Below, piece after piece: positions 31,111-43,803 of a stretch of DNA of 64,000 bases (position 1 is its first letter; the number at the start of each line of letters is the position of its first letter). Source of the DNA: Trichoplax adhaerens (taxonomy: Eukaryota; Animalia; Placozoa); NCBI RefSeq assembly GCF_000150275.1, contig NW_002060943.1, positions 7,184,299-7,248,298 on the forward strand, written 5' to 3'. The notes below the pieces were generated by a model. That model saw only the letters and a program-made list of their open reading frames with translations. It was not told the DNA's origin and did not search any database. Made by a program: the position numbers and the translations under genes.

Positions 31111-34100
31111 TGTAGCAATTGATTGATTTAATACTATTTCTGAATGGACATCTCATGGCCTAGGTGTATTGTGCATGTTATAATCAATGCAATACTCTGC
31201 AAATATAGCTAATACCTTAAATCGTATAAATAGAAAAATATACTTGATAAAGGAAAATTTTTTTAGCACAGTTTAAACTATGATATGCACTGCGCATTTA
31301 CTATTTTTAAATTCTACATGTATTTCGGCTACTGTAGATTTTCGAGTTCTTTCTTTTCAGTAATAGGTTTAAGAAGATTAGCAAATATAAATCAGTTTTA
31401 TAATGTCTTATTCGAGAGAATTTATTTTATGTTAAGTTGTATTATAGTCAAAACGATATCTGTAAATCCGAAATATAATGTATGTTTACTATGATGCAGC
31501 CCATTTAGATATATAGTATATAAGCATTACTATTGTGATATAATTCAGATTTTTTACTTGTAAACATATATGAATTAGTTTCTTGGCTCTTGTAATGAAT
31601 GCATTATAATTTAAATAAAAGAATATTTGTAGATATCTTTATAATTGATATCAGCGAGTAAAAAAGGCACAAGTATACTAAGCGTACTTTATGTAATGCA
31701 AGGGGTCAGAGAAAATTTTTCCAATTTTTAGGTCTATACTAGTTATAAATCGAAATTTGTAACGTGAGAAAAAAATTAATTATTACAGAAACTAAACACT
31801 ACGAGCCTACTGTCAGGTTTGTTCTCTCAACATCTACCTAGCTTAGAGCACGACTCTAAATACTGACGATCTCCTATCGTCAGGGGGAACAGTAACCACT
31901 AGTCTCTCTTTTGATAAAACTGAACCCAAACTTTATTGAAAAGTCTGTCAATTTATAGTAAATCGACATAAACATTAATTATACAATAGTTTGTAGATAA
32001 TATTATACATACAGCTGGGCAGTTATCTCTTAAAAACGTGTAAAACGCCATGGATAGATTAATCTTAACACATTCTCAGGCAAGTTATCTCATCGAAACC
32101 ATGTTTACGATAGCGGCGCAAAAGTTACTCCGTAACAATTGTGGATACCAATTTAGCGCCGGTAAAGTAAATCGATTTTCGAACTCGCTTTAATAATTAA
32201 TTTTTAATCAACTACAGTATCATACGGCACTAGTGAAATTTTCTAATCTAACAAATATAAATGAATAATACTTAAATTTAGGTAATTTTATCGCTAAAGT
32301 ATTTATTGCTATACGTTAAGATATTATGACAGTTCTTTGTACCGGGCATCATCAAACACATCGATGCACGCGTAGAATTTGCTTAACGGGTAATCTAAAG
32401 ATCTTATTTTCTAATATTTTAACTGCAAATGCTGTACGTAGTGTCTCCTAGACTCTTTCTTCTCTGTAATTCTATTATAGATGAAAGAAATAGTTTTTAA
32501 ATTTGAAGAAGACATAAGCGCAAGGACTCTTTTGATAATTAATGAAAAGAAGCCTTTTCCTTTAGATTTTCTAGAAGTCCTCAAAGAAAATGTTTTCAAC
32601 GATATTAATATTTAGACCCTAAGATATGATATAATTTGGTGACAAGTTTTCCTCTTAAAGAAATATTACAGTAAATTAGAAGATTCATTAAAGTTAGTTT
32701 TTAATCACTTGTCAACTAATACATTAAACAGATACAGTAAATTGTTAGTAATAATCGCTAATAGAGCTCATAGACGTAGTTATTCAAACTCATTTAAATA
32801 GCAACAATATCTAAGTTACTGCCGATGATATGGATTGTATGAGTATCGAATAATGTTATCGCACTTCGGTAATATCCACCATGTTTCGTTTGCTACAATT
32901 TAAGTTCCGAAGTTATGCCATTTCTAAATTTATGTTGAGTTAGCTTGCAAGTTAGTAATATTAATCATGAAATATGAATATAATATCATCAAATTAATAT
33001 ACTAAAAAGATAAATGACTACTCTGTATACGAGGGTATAACTATAATCATATACTGTACATAATAGAAGCTGGCATTAACCCCTAGTAGTTAGAACTTTA
33101 ATAATGAAAATAATTAATAAGCACAATAGTAGCAAGCTTGCGAACTACTAACGTTAATGCTAATTAGCGCATTCATATTTTTGCAAACTGTTAAATGTAC
33201 GTATAGTAGTACTTTTTCTAGAATTATGATCATTTTCTATGCTAATAATTAATAAATATCGATACTAACAATGTGATATCTAGCTATTATGAACAAATTA
33301 TTGTCTACTTATAATTATTTATAAATTACAGCTACTGGAACTGCCTATCTATCGAAAACGATTTTTCGAGCAACTGCATATGCGTTTATATATGAATAGA
33401 ATAATAAATAATGATGGTAGATTATAGATTCTTTGTCGTGACTACACCTGTTCGAGGTCTGGATTACAACGCATCTATCCTATACTACAAAAAATAAAAT
33501 GCAGGTTTACTAAATGCTTGCCGTTGAAAGATGAAGCATTTTAATTGGCAAGTAAGTATATAAAATGCAGTAGTTATTCAATAAAAGCCAGGCTGCTTCT
33601 CTATAATTATAATTTAAAGACTAAATAACCTCGCCAATCTTTAGTTTCAAACATAGTTTATAAGCAAGTCATTTCTACATTCGTGCATCACACCATAACT
33701 TTAGAAATTTGTAGCCCGAAATTAACATAACCTTAAAACGGTGATACAGTGACAAGTGACGAACCCTAATGACGAGTATAGTTTATGCATACGATCGAAG
33801 TACTAAATAAATTTACCTTATTTCTATAGACCAATTTTTAGAGTACTATAAGATTAAATAATTTGCAACGGATTCAGAATTATAACTAAAGCTGTTCCCT
33901 AGTGAACAGGTTGAACTAACAGTAAAGCCTATTTATGCTCTTTGGCAGCGATATACATTGACAATCCTATCAAATTTATCCATGTTATATGATTATATAG
34001 CATCAGAAAAGATATTACAATCAAAGGATTAGGAAAGCACCTATTTCAAAATTTGATGTACTTAAGTTGGTTGAATAAAAATAATATTCTTTAGAATGTA

Positions 34101-34158
34101 ATAAAAAATGTGCTTCGGAGACAATTGTATTTACAATGTTGCTAGTGAATAAAATCAA

Positions 34159-36140
34159 TTATAATTTGCTGTCTTCAGTTTCTTTTTGACCTAATTAGAG
34201 AAGATTGATTCGTAAAATAATCATAGTGCAGCTAAGCCTCATTGGGCGGCCATAGGATTAGTTATCAACAGTTCCGTAACTACCTCGTGGTTCAGCAATT
34301 ATCGGAGCATTAGAATTAATATTAGGTTGATCATCCTCTTCGTATAATTGAGAACGTTCATCGGCTGAACACTCTCCCTCTTCAGGTTCAGCTTTAGCGC
34401 ATTTTCCACAACAACAATTGCAGCAACAGCACAAGCAGCAGCAACACCAACAACCAGTCAGGATTGTGCAAACTCCGAATAAGACCTAAAATTATAGGAT
34501 AAAAATGTAAAGGAATTCAATAAAATCCTCAGCTTGGTTACTAAACACTGTAAATTTTTATTGTGCATGAAGTGCAATTGTCTATTTCAACTTTAATAAA
34601 AGCCAGTCAAAATCAATTTAACTCTTACATACTGTACGTAACATAAAATATACATATTTAATCAACGCTTATATCCTAAATGGTAACTATTCTTAAATAC
34701 CATACCTTAAACCAAGTACTATCCATCATCATGTACGTTTTAACGTTCTATATCGAAAATTGAAAGCAAATGTAATATTTAAACTGATGAATAATCAATG
34801 CTACATAACGCATTCATAGATATTCAAAAAGATACACTTTTAGGCAATACGTTGTATCTATAACTACAATTATGGCTATTCAATCGAGATAGATGTACAG
34901 GATTTATTTCAGCTGATAGCGATTTAGTATGTGAATTTTTACAGAAGTTTATTATTCTACATTGTCATAAACACTAAAAGTTTACCTCCTCTCCAATTTG
35001 CTCGGCTAAGAAAAGTCCCATCATGCCATATTTATCATAGATTTCTTTCAAGCTAGGGTTTGAAAGAACTTGATTGGCTTGATTGATTTCTTTAAACTGC
35101 AATTAATACATAAAAATACTAAAATTAATGAAAATAAAAATTAAAGCATTCCTCTGCAAAATTTTCCGAGATAGTAATTATCCACCATAGTATAGTAACG
35201 AATCTCACCCTATCTGCAGCATTTGGATCATTCAGGTTTTTGTCAGGGTGATGTTTAAGAGACATCTGCAAATATAATTTGATAGCATAAATGTTAGGAA
35301 AATTGCTAAAATAGTAACGGAGGGGATTGTAGTGATAACGAGCAGTTTTACTATATAATCGATAAGTATTATTGAAATGGGTAGACCGATACAAAAAACA
35401 AGTAGAATGAACCTTTTTATACGCTTTCCTGATCTCTTCTTCTGTTGCTCCTTTCTCCAATCCCAACACCTTATAGTAGGAGTCATCATTGGTACTAAAA
35501 AACATAATCGTAAGTTCATACTTGACCTAAAGAATTATATACAGTCTCAATTAAGCTAATGAATGGGCTTAAAATAAGGGTAGGAAATTTACAGTGCTGT
35601 ATACGTTACGGTTGAATACGTACGCGCAGTTTGATATTGTGGATGCAGGAAAGCAGTCATGAGAACAGCTAAATCAATATAATGGACTGTAACTCTGTAA
35701 GCATTGTAAACGATCAGCAACGTAGCTGGTAGTCGGCCTAGTAATAATAATTTATTTACTGTGTTTGGACTCACATCGGAAAATGATGCAAACATCAGTT
35801 GGGCACTGTAGATGGGGGAATTTGCAATAAGAAAACAGCTAAATCAATCTCATCTAGTTATAATTCTCGATTAAGTCAGCATTGAGTAATGGCCAGCTAA
35901 GCGGCAAGCAATTAGTCTAACGATCGATTTACTGTACATTGAGAATCTGAAGAAAGTATTGCATAATAAGATCAAATTGTCAGCCAATTTTACTTTGCGT
36001 ATAGGATAGAATTGCGCTTGTGAAGGATCGATCACAGGCGGCCAACTGGAGTTTATCCTACTGAACACAACGTACAATTTTAGGTCATGTACTGTATATT
36101 CGTCCGAGTGAAATCCTAAAGCCTATCATTACTTAGTCAT
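34159..36140 (-). CDS. DNAJC5: Cysteine string protein (DnaJ C5)
   Basis: The J domain reads YYKVLGLEKGATEEEIRKAYKK / LKHHPDKN / FKEINQANQVL / YDKYGMMGL. It is followed by NVKTYMMMDSTWFK and the string VCTILTGCWCCCCLCCCCNCCCGKC (14 Cys). The probable first exon is ATG ACT AA|gt (36140-36133). The stop is at 34258 if unspliced or 34159 if spliced. Confidence 0.93.
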
Positions 36141-36529
36141 GGACTATTAAATACTATCGTACAATATTGCAAGGACTTTGATTAATAAACGGGAAGTCTT
36201 TGGACTGGACCTCCAGAACCCCGGACGCGATGCCCCTTGAGTTGAAATTGCCCGTACGGTTTTTGCATTTTGTCCGAAGGAAAACTACCCAAACAATAGG
36301 CTGTATAATACTATACTGTAGAGGATACGGTAAACATGGAGGCTAACCTATGTGTAGAGTAGTGTCCTGCATTTTAGCATGCTGTGGGATGCCCGCGCAG
36401 AAAAGGATCACCATATGATTCATTTTGACGATATTTAGAAACATGAGCGATTTGCTATGTCAGTAGATACTGCCCTGCTATTGCACAATTGGTTATCAAG
36501 AGATGAATGTAAAATATTAAACCGGATCA

Positions 36530-37165
36530 AGTGCATTATGTCTATGATATCGTATAAGAAGAAGAGGACTGGCACAATCATGAGTACATTCCACCGGGCC
36601 CCTGTCTATCCTCTTAATTTCGACAACTGCTATTGAACAATTTCTCTATGCTTCAAGACTACTATAAAAGTATACAGTATATACGTAGGTAGTACACTAG
36701 TAGTAGGAAAAATGATGAAATAATGGTACTAAAGAAATTCAGTGCATTATGTTTATGATATCGTATAAGAAGAAGAGGACTAGCACAATAATGACTCCAT
36801 CCTACCGGGCCCTGTCCATCCTCTTAATTTCGACAACTGCTATTGAACAATTTCTCGATGCTTCCAGACTACTATAAAAGTATACAGTATATACGTAGGT
36901 AGTACACTAGTAGTAGGGAAAATGATGAAATAATGGTACTAAAGAAATTCAGCGCATTATGTTTATGATATCGTATAAGAAAAAGAGGACTAGCATAATA
37001 ATGACTCCATCCTACCGGGCCCTGTCCATCCTCTTAATTTCGACAACTGCTATTGAACAATTTCTCGATGTCTAAAGACTACTATAGAAGTATACAGTAT
37101 TTAGGTGCATTAAGTAGTACACTAGTAGTAGGAAAAATGATGAAATCATTGTACTGAAGAAATTG
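36530..37165. repeat. Tandem repeat, ~210 bp unit x3, high identity
   Basis: Units start AGYGCATTATGT at 36530, 36741 and 36951 and share GATATCGTATAAGAA..AGAGGAC...CCGGGCCCTGTC.ATCCTCTTAATTTCGACAACTGCTATTGAACAATTTCTC. Confidence 0.95.
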
Positions 37166-38225
37166 ATCATTGGTTTGAATTAATTCAATATCCAAACACA
37201 CTGCTGCTACTAAAATCATCTATAGTAGACGCGTATAGCATACTGTACAATGTTCCATCATGATTCACGTATTGTAAAAGGCGGAGTTGGATGTCTTCAA
37301 GTTTGAATTAGGATGATTAAAGCTTCTCCCTTCGAAGGGATAGAAAGTTCAATGACGACTATCATACAGAATACGCTATGATACAGTTCTAGTTGATAGC
37401 GCTTTCGCTGCCACTATGACTTGAGTATTCAATCTTAATATGCTATAGGAAGCCATCATCACTGGCCTTCCGTGACGGTTCTCCAAAGTGAACAGTACAA
37501 GCGGCAGATTACCTTTCTTATCCAATACTAAACGACAGTGAAACCGTAGCAATAAAACAAGCGCATCAATACATTACTCTACTTCTAAACTTACGATAGA
37601 TTTTTGGTTCGAGAATGGAAATCGTCTGCCTTCATGTTGTCACAGCGCCAGATAGAATCTACTTGAGAGGAAAAGAAAGACTACAGAAAAATCCTGCACA
37701 CCTGCAGTTCTTTCTGCAATTCTGCTTTCGTTGTTTTGCTGTGATGGCACTCCACGACACCGTAAACGCTATACTGGTACCGTACCGCTTTACTACTGAC
37801 TACCATCATTTCAGTGTGAGTGACTGCGCAATCACGCAGTGGTATGTCTGTATGGCAGTCTGTCCAATAAAAATACCACGGTGCACTGCGTGATCAACTC
37901 GTAATACCGGTCTAAAGGTTCTTCTGTACTGTACGGTACCAGCAAGGAATCTATCCACAGCATGCACAGTTTACTGTGCATATGTAGTGTCATACTATAC
38001 GGAGAAGACGGCCATCAAGAAGTGAGCCAATTACCAATACTACAATATAGTGTCTATAAATGTAGCTAGTACGACAGTGTACAGTATAACTACTGGTTAT
38101 GAGAAAAATCAATTTGGATACACTTATTTAGCAAGTCAATCTGTATCCAGTTCGATGCCATTCATTTTACGCCGTCTAGGATTAAACGATGTAAAATTTT
38201 CAATCCATCTTTGCCATATCAAAGC

Positions 38226-39440
38226 AGATACTTTACTGCATTGGATTGATTTGACGGTGTAGAGATACTTTACTGCATTGGATGAATTAGCATTGATAAC
38301 TGCAAAGTATTCAAATCACCCTGGTAATATCTGCATTGATATTGTTTCCATCCCTACTCACATTGTACAGCGCTACAGATACTTTACTGCATTGGATTAA
38401 TTCGACGGTGTAGACGATTGAACACTGCAAAGTATTCAAATCACCTTGGTAATATCTACACTCATGTTGTTTCCATCCCTAATCACATTGTACAACAGCG
38501 CTACAGATACTTTACTGCATTGGATTAATTCGACGGTGTAGAGGGTTGAACACTGCAAAGTATTCAAATCACCCTAGTAATATCTACATTGATATACAAA
38601 TACTTTAACTGCATTGGATTAATTTGAAGGTGTGGACGATTGAACACTGCAAAGTATTCAAATCACCTTGGTAATATCTACACTGATGTTGTTTCCATCC
38701 CTACTCACATTGTACAACAGCGCTACAGATACTTTACTGCATTGGATTAATTCGACGGTGTAGAGGGTTGAACACTGCAAAGTATTCAATTCCCCCTGGT
38801 AATATCTGCATTGATACTGTTTCCATCCCTACTCACATTGTACAGCGCTACAGATACTTTACTGCATTGGATTAATTTGACGGTGTAGAGGATTGAACAC
38901 TGCAAAGTATTCAAATCACCCTAGTAATATCTACATTGATATATAAATACTTTAACTGCATTGGATTAATTTGACGGTGTAGACGATTGAACACTGCAAA
39001 GTATTCAAATCACCCTAGTAATATCTACATTGATATACAAATACTTTAACTGCATTGGATTAATTTGACGGTGTAGACGATTGAACACTGCAAAGTATTC
39101 AAATCACCCTAGTAATATCTACATTGATATACAAATACTTTAACTGCATTGGATTAATTTGAAGGTGTAGACGATTGAACACTGCAAAGTATTCAAATCA
39201 CCCTAGTAATATCTACATTGATATACAAATACTTTAACTGCATTGGATTAATTTGACGGTGTAGACGATTGAACACTGCAAAGTATTCAAATCACCCTAG
39301 TAATATCTACATTGATATACAAATACTTTAACTGCATTGGATTAATTTGAAGGTGTAGACGATTGAACACTGCAAAGTATTCAAATCACCCTAGTAATAT
39401 CTACATTGATATTGTTTCCATCCCTACTCACATTGTACTG
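38226..39440. repeat. Tandem array of ~11 units with short (93-94 bp) and long (114-129 bp) variants
   Basis: TACTTT(A)ACTGCATTGGAT starts at 38229, 38266, 38380, 38508, 38601, 38730, 38855, 38948, 39042, 39136, 39230 and 39324. Long units carry an extra TGTTTCCATCCCTACTCACATTGTAC...CAGCGCTACAGA block. Confidence 0.97.
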
Positions 39441-40944
39441 TACAGCGGTAAATTGTCCGCATCAAATTGTTTTAGACCGACAATAATGCTTGAGTTAGTT
39501 AGCCGCTTGTCAGCTGATTTCTTGAATTTCATTTTTTGGGGGGTGGGGAGAATTATCGGGATCAACTCGGAAGTACAAATCGAGTCCCTACAGTACAGTA
39601 TACAGTAGTAGTATGCGTAGCGCAACAACTTTCTCTTCATCAAATTTCTCAATGGGGTGAATCTGTATTATGCAGATTATATAATTAGTACTGTACATAT
39701 TTGTTGTTTTGTTTTTATTTATTTTTCTTCTGAAGTACTTACTTTTACGATGACAAATTGACCACACCAGAGAAATGAGAAGATTGATCAATGCAATTTT
39801 TGATTTATTTTATTTTGTAGGACTACTGTAATCATGCACTGTACGAATGCTATCCTTTTTAAACTGCCGCCATTACAGTACTGTGGATATCGAATTATAT
39901 TTTAACTGTCAATTCTCATTCTTGGATAAATTCAACGGATTGAATTCATTATTTCCAACCATTTTTATCCATATTTTATCCCAATCGTTTTACTAATTCA
40001 ATACACGTACTACGTATTCATTGTACTGTACAGTTCTATAATTTAGTGAATCCTGACAATGCTCATTTTGGTAGTACCAGTAGTGTACACTGAAAAGTAG
40101 TTGCAATTTACAGTTAAGACGAATTCATAGATTGCCATCATCGAGGTATACGTACGTATACCATATATGAATAAGATCATTATCCCACCTTGCTTACTTA
40201 GCAAGTTCAACCAAATTAAAATTATACAGTATAGGCATACACACAACAAATTAGCAAGGTAAAGTAGGATCATTCAACCCCAGGTCCAAATTAAGAATTT
40301 CATGGATGGATGACACAGTATTATAGCGGATCGTACTTACGTACTATGATACGACGTGAATAAAATGAATCCATCGATAATAATTAATCTCCAGCAATAT
40401 ACGCTACAGCATATGCTGAAGTATTAAATTAATCTTTCCTTTTCTTTGTGGTTTGGCATTATCATCGTTATGAACAAGTTGTGGTAACTGTTGTACAATG
40501 TACGTACACTGTCCCATGTAAGACATCAGAAAACTTTCGTCATCAAGCTGATATCCAGTTGCTATAGTTAGCAAGTAAATTCCCACTAAATGATCACATT
40601 TATTCGATACCATTAAAAACATATTTATTCAAAGCCCAATGACAAATAAAGTGGTACGTATATTAATTAATTATTTATGAGGATGCAACTACCGAATTAA
40701 AAAAATTCTGTAGGAAAAATGCTTATTCATGTAATATCCAATAAGAATTCAAGACCAGACTGGACTAAAACGAATGCTAATTCAACATTTACGGATAGTT
40801 TTATTTTTAATGCGAGTCCCTGATTCAAGCTCATTCGACTCGTCTCAAGAAAAATGGTAAATAGGAGCGTAGAAATCATTGAGACTATTCCAAGCACGAG
40901 TATATCCATTACGTCTTAAATCGATACTCTGCAATCGAACATCC

Positions 40945-41061
40945 TTGTACTAGGTTCTTACAGTCAGAGATACGCTACTCTTTTATTTTTCCTTGCTTGA
41001 CACTTTGTACTAGGTTCTTACAGTCAGAGATAAACTACTCTTTTAATTTTCTCTTGCTTGA
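40945..41061. repeat. 60-bp direct duplication downstream of the PDZ gene
   Basis: TTGTACTAGGTTCTTACAGTCAGAGATA..CTACTCTTTTA.TTT..CTTGCTTGA occurs at 40945 and 41005. Confidence 0.9.
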
Positions 41062-41445
41062 AATTGCACTACAACCTTCCTACGCAATCGTTGAACTCTA
41101 ATAGCATAAGCCTTACAAGTCACTACTGCGCGTAGGACACCAACTCGGTTCAGTAAAAACCTGAGTGCATACATACTGCGACAAAACGTGCTTGCTACAA
41201 TTATTGAAAGAATATGGAACTTCTATGGAACGACAAGCTAAAGAGTTGAAAAATAATAAAATAACAATTATCATAAAAGTTCCAGCTACCAAATAGCGTA
41301 CAGTATATTGACGTACACTATTTTATAACAAGATACGTATTCCTGATTGTTAATTCTTGTAAAAGTTCACGCAGTGACATGAGCCACTACTATAGTAATA
41401 AGATATTTTTAAAACATTATATCCCCATTTACTAAAATGAGGTAT

Positions 41446-43339
41446 TTAAAGCATATTAAGATTGTCAACTTTAAATTGCCAATTGCCATCAAAGGTTGGC
41501 AGGCTCTTTGAAATTTTGGACAGAAGACGTTCCTTGTTTTCGAAAACAAGCTCATTTGCTGCTACCGGAGCGAAATTGTTAGTAATCACTCTTGTGTCAT
41601 CATCCAAATTTTTATCCGTCACTACAAACATTATAGTATCTCCACCAGCTTTTACAATTTGTATAACTTCTGGATGACTCAAATTCTCCACGTTCTTGCC
41701 GTTAGCTTCTAGAACGCGGTCACCATTTCGAAGACCCGCTTGATCAGCAACGCCATCAGGTGTAACAGCTTGGATGAAATTACCACGGCGTCCTTTTTCG
41801 CATTGCAAGCTGAAACCAAAACCTTTGGCTCCACGACGCAAGGTAACTTCTCTTCTTGATGAATCAATGTCATTTCCATTCTGAGCGGGTGTAGCCTCTG
41901 ATTCCTCCGCTTTCTCAGCAACAACATCGGCAACAACTGCAGCAGCAACTGTTGTAGCTGCAGCCTCTTCTTCAACTTGTTTACTTGTAGGAGCTGGAGC
42001 AGCAGCAGCAGCAGGAGCTACAGATTCAATCGCTGCAGCACTAGTAGCAACACCTAGTGCAGCATCAGCGGAGACGTTAGAAGTTTGTGCAATGAACGGA
42101 GTTTCGCCCAGGTCACATACTACAAATGTTAAAGAATCGCCGGCCTCCTTAATAACTTGAACAATCTCCGCATGGTTAAAGGTTTCTACGTTAAGACCAT
42201 TAACTTCAATCAAGTAATCGTCATTCTTTAAACCAGCTTGTTCCGCAGGTAGTCCACTTTCAATGTTTTGAATGGTGTGGCCACGACGCCCGAGTAAACC
42301 TTGTACAGTAAACCCAAAACCGAGTTGTCCTTTACGGATGGTTATTGCTCTTGTGCCATTAAATGTGAAGATAGAGGGTTCTGCCTTGGCGGCTGATCCA
42401 TTAGTAGCATTACCATTGGTGGTTTGGGTAATAGAATCTACCAGCAAAAGTGTAACTTTATCACCGCCACTTTTAATAATTTTAACCACATCATTAGTAG
42501 TAAGATTTTGAACGTTTGTTCCGTTAATTTCAACAGCGCGATCACCGACTGCCATACCAGCCATTTCCGACGGGCTGCCGCTTGCCACTTGTGTCACGAT
42601 ATGGCCACTTTGATTGCCATCATCTCGAAGGGTAAAGCCAAAGCTAAGCCCCGACGAACGTTCAATGCTTATTAATCTCTTGCTACTTACAGTTGTAACT
42701 GTAGTCGACGAAGTGGTCATTGAAGCAGAAGTTGAAACGGATGTAGTTACATTTCTTCTTCTTGCGGCATCCTCATTGTCAGCGACTAAGAATAAAATCT
42801 GGTTGCCACCGCTTTTAATGAGAGTAACCACATCGGCATGCTGTTTGTCTTCAACATTGATGGAGTTGATTTCAATAACATAATCATTGGCTTTTAAACC
42901 GGCTGCTTCTGCAGCGCCGCCGGCATCTACGTTCTGGATATAATGTCCAGATTTACCAGCTACGCGATGAATACTAAAGCCGTAGCCGGTTGCTGCTCGT
43001 GTAACCGTCAAGATTCTTATACCTGGTAGAGTAGCAAGAGTATATTATGATAAGAGTCCATTAATTAAGAGCGTTAAAATAATATACGCTACTACAAGAC
43101 TATTTTACCATATTAACTTCCTAATTTAGTATCACTAATACAATAATCACTAATCTAATCCTATTTTCATTCTACTTCCTATGTAATATAATTGCTTTCA
43201 TGCTATCAAGAATAGGATTACTGTCATTTCCACGTTAAAAAAATATTTTTCCGCTACTCTACTTGACAAGAAAACGTGACATTATCCATATTTTACTGTA
43301 GTCTACATGTTTTTTTTTACCTGGTGCTATTTCGGTCAT
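41446..43339 (-). CDS. NHERF/PDZK1-family scaffold with four PDZ domains, ~531 aa, 2 exons
   Basis: Exon 1 ATG ACC GAA ATA GCA CCA G|gtaaaa (43339-43321) splices to 43022. There are four PDZ domains with GYGF/SFGF/GFGF/GFGF loops and GL..D.VIE.NG.NVE...H.[DE][VI]V..IK..G motifs typical of the NHERF family, plus Thr/Ser- and Ala/Glu-rich linkers. Confidence 0.88.
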
Positions 43340-43509
43340 TTTGAAAGTTATCTTTCTGATGTTTTCGGATGTGCGAAATGAATCTACGATGCCAAACTTC
43401 AAACTGATCACTCGTTAATGGCCAGGATCGCAAGAATATTCCAGCGCTACTAACAACGAAGCCTTACCTTGTATTAGTCGGCTGAATAAGGGGCAGGGTA
43501 ACATTGACA

Positions 43510-43735
43510 CAATGTACATTGTATACTGAGTACAGTACAGTAAGTTATCAAGGATCGATCACGCCCAGTTCGGAAGCATTCCATTGGATATTATATTCTT
43601 ACCATTTACCGCACCCATATACAGTACATTGTACTGTACTCAGTGTACTGTAGGAAGACACAAGATAATACAGTACTGTACAATACAGACTGATACAGTA
43701 CTGTAGTGTACTGTACTCAGTGTACAGTACTGTAC
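43510..43735. repeat. Low-complexity TACAGTA/TACTGTA cluster with internal inverted repeats, upstream of the PDZ gene
   Basis: CTGAGTACAGTAC at about 43526 has its reverse complement GTACTGTACTCAG at 43631 and 43708. Several CAGTACTG palindromes are present. Confidence 0.8.
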
Positions 43736-43774
43736 CAAAACCTTTGTTTCTGCTCCAAAACAGAGTCTAAAATG

Positions 43775-43803
43775 AATTAATTAATTAATTAATTAATTAA
43801 TTA
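43775..43803. repeat. (AATT)7 microsatellite
   Basis: aattaattaattaattaattaattaatta. Confidence 0.9.

Noticed and set aside
33400-33500. Further distal last exon for DNAJC5
   Set aside because: The acceptor is plausible, but in the required phase it gives an immediate or near-immediate stop and has no supporting homology.
36700-36760. Hammerhead (retrozyme) or box C/D core in the 210-bp repeat (ATGATGA...GAAA)
   Set aside because: The conserved C of CUGAUGA is missing, stem II cannot form, and there is no consistent box D.
38226-39440. CRISPR-like array, or IRE/SECIS/hammerhead array
   Set aside because: The intervening segments are repeats of one another rather than unique spacers, there are no cas genes, and the context is eukaryotic. 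The minus-strand CAGTGT lacks the IRE 5-bp stem. There is no SECIS GA quartet and no CUGANGA/GAAA core.
37615-40909. Short ORFs between DNAJC5 and the PDZ gene
   Set aside because: They have no recognisable motifs and have the composition of AT-rich non-coding or repeat DNA.
41462-42883. Several plus-strand and alternate-frame ORFs over the PDZ exon
   Set aside because: These are shadow ORFs of a long GC-richer coding exon. The same applies to 54512-54826 and other antisense ORFs.
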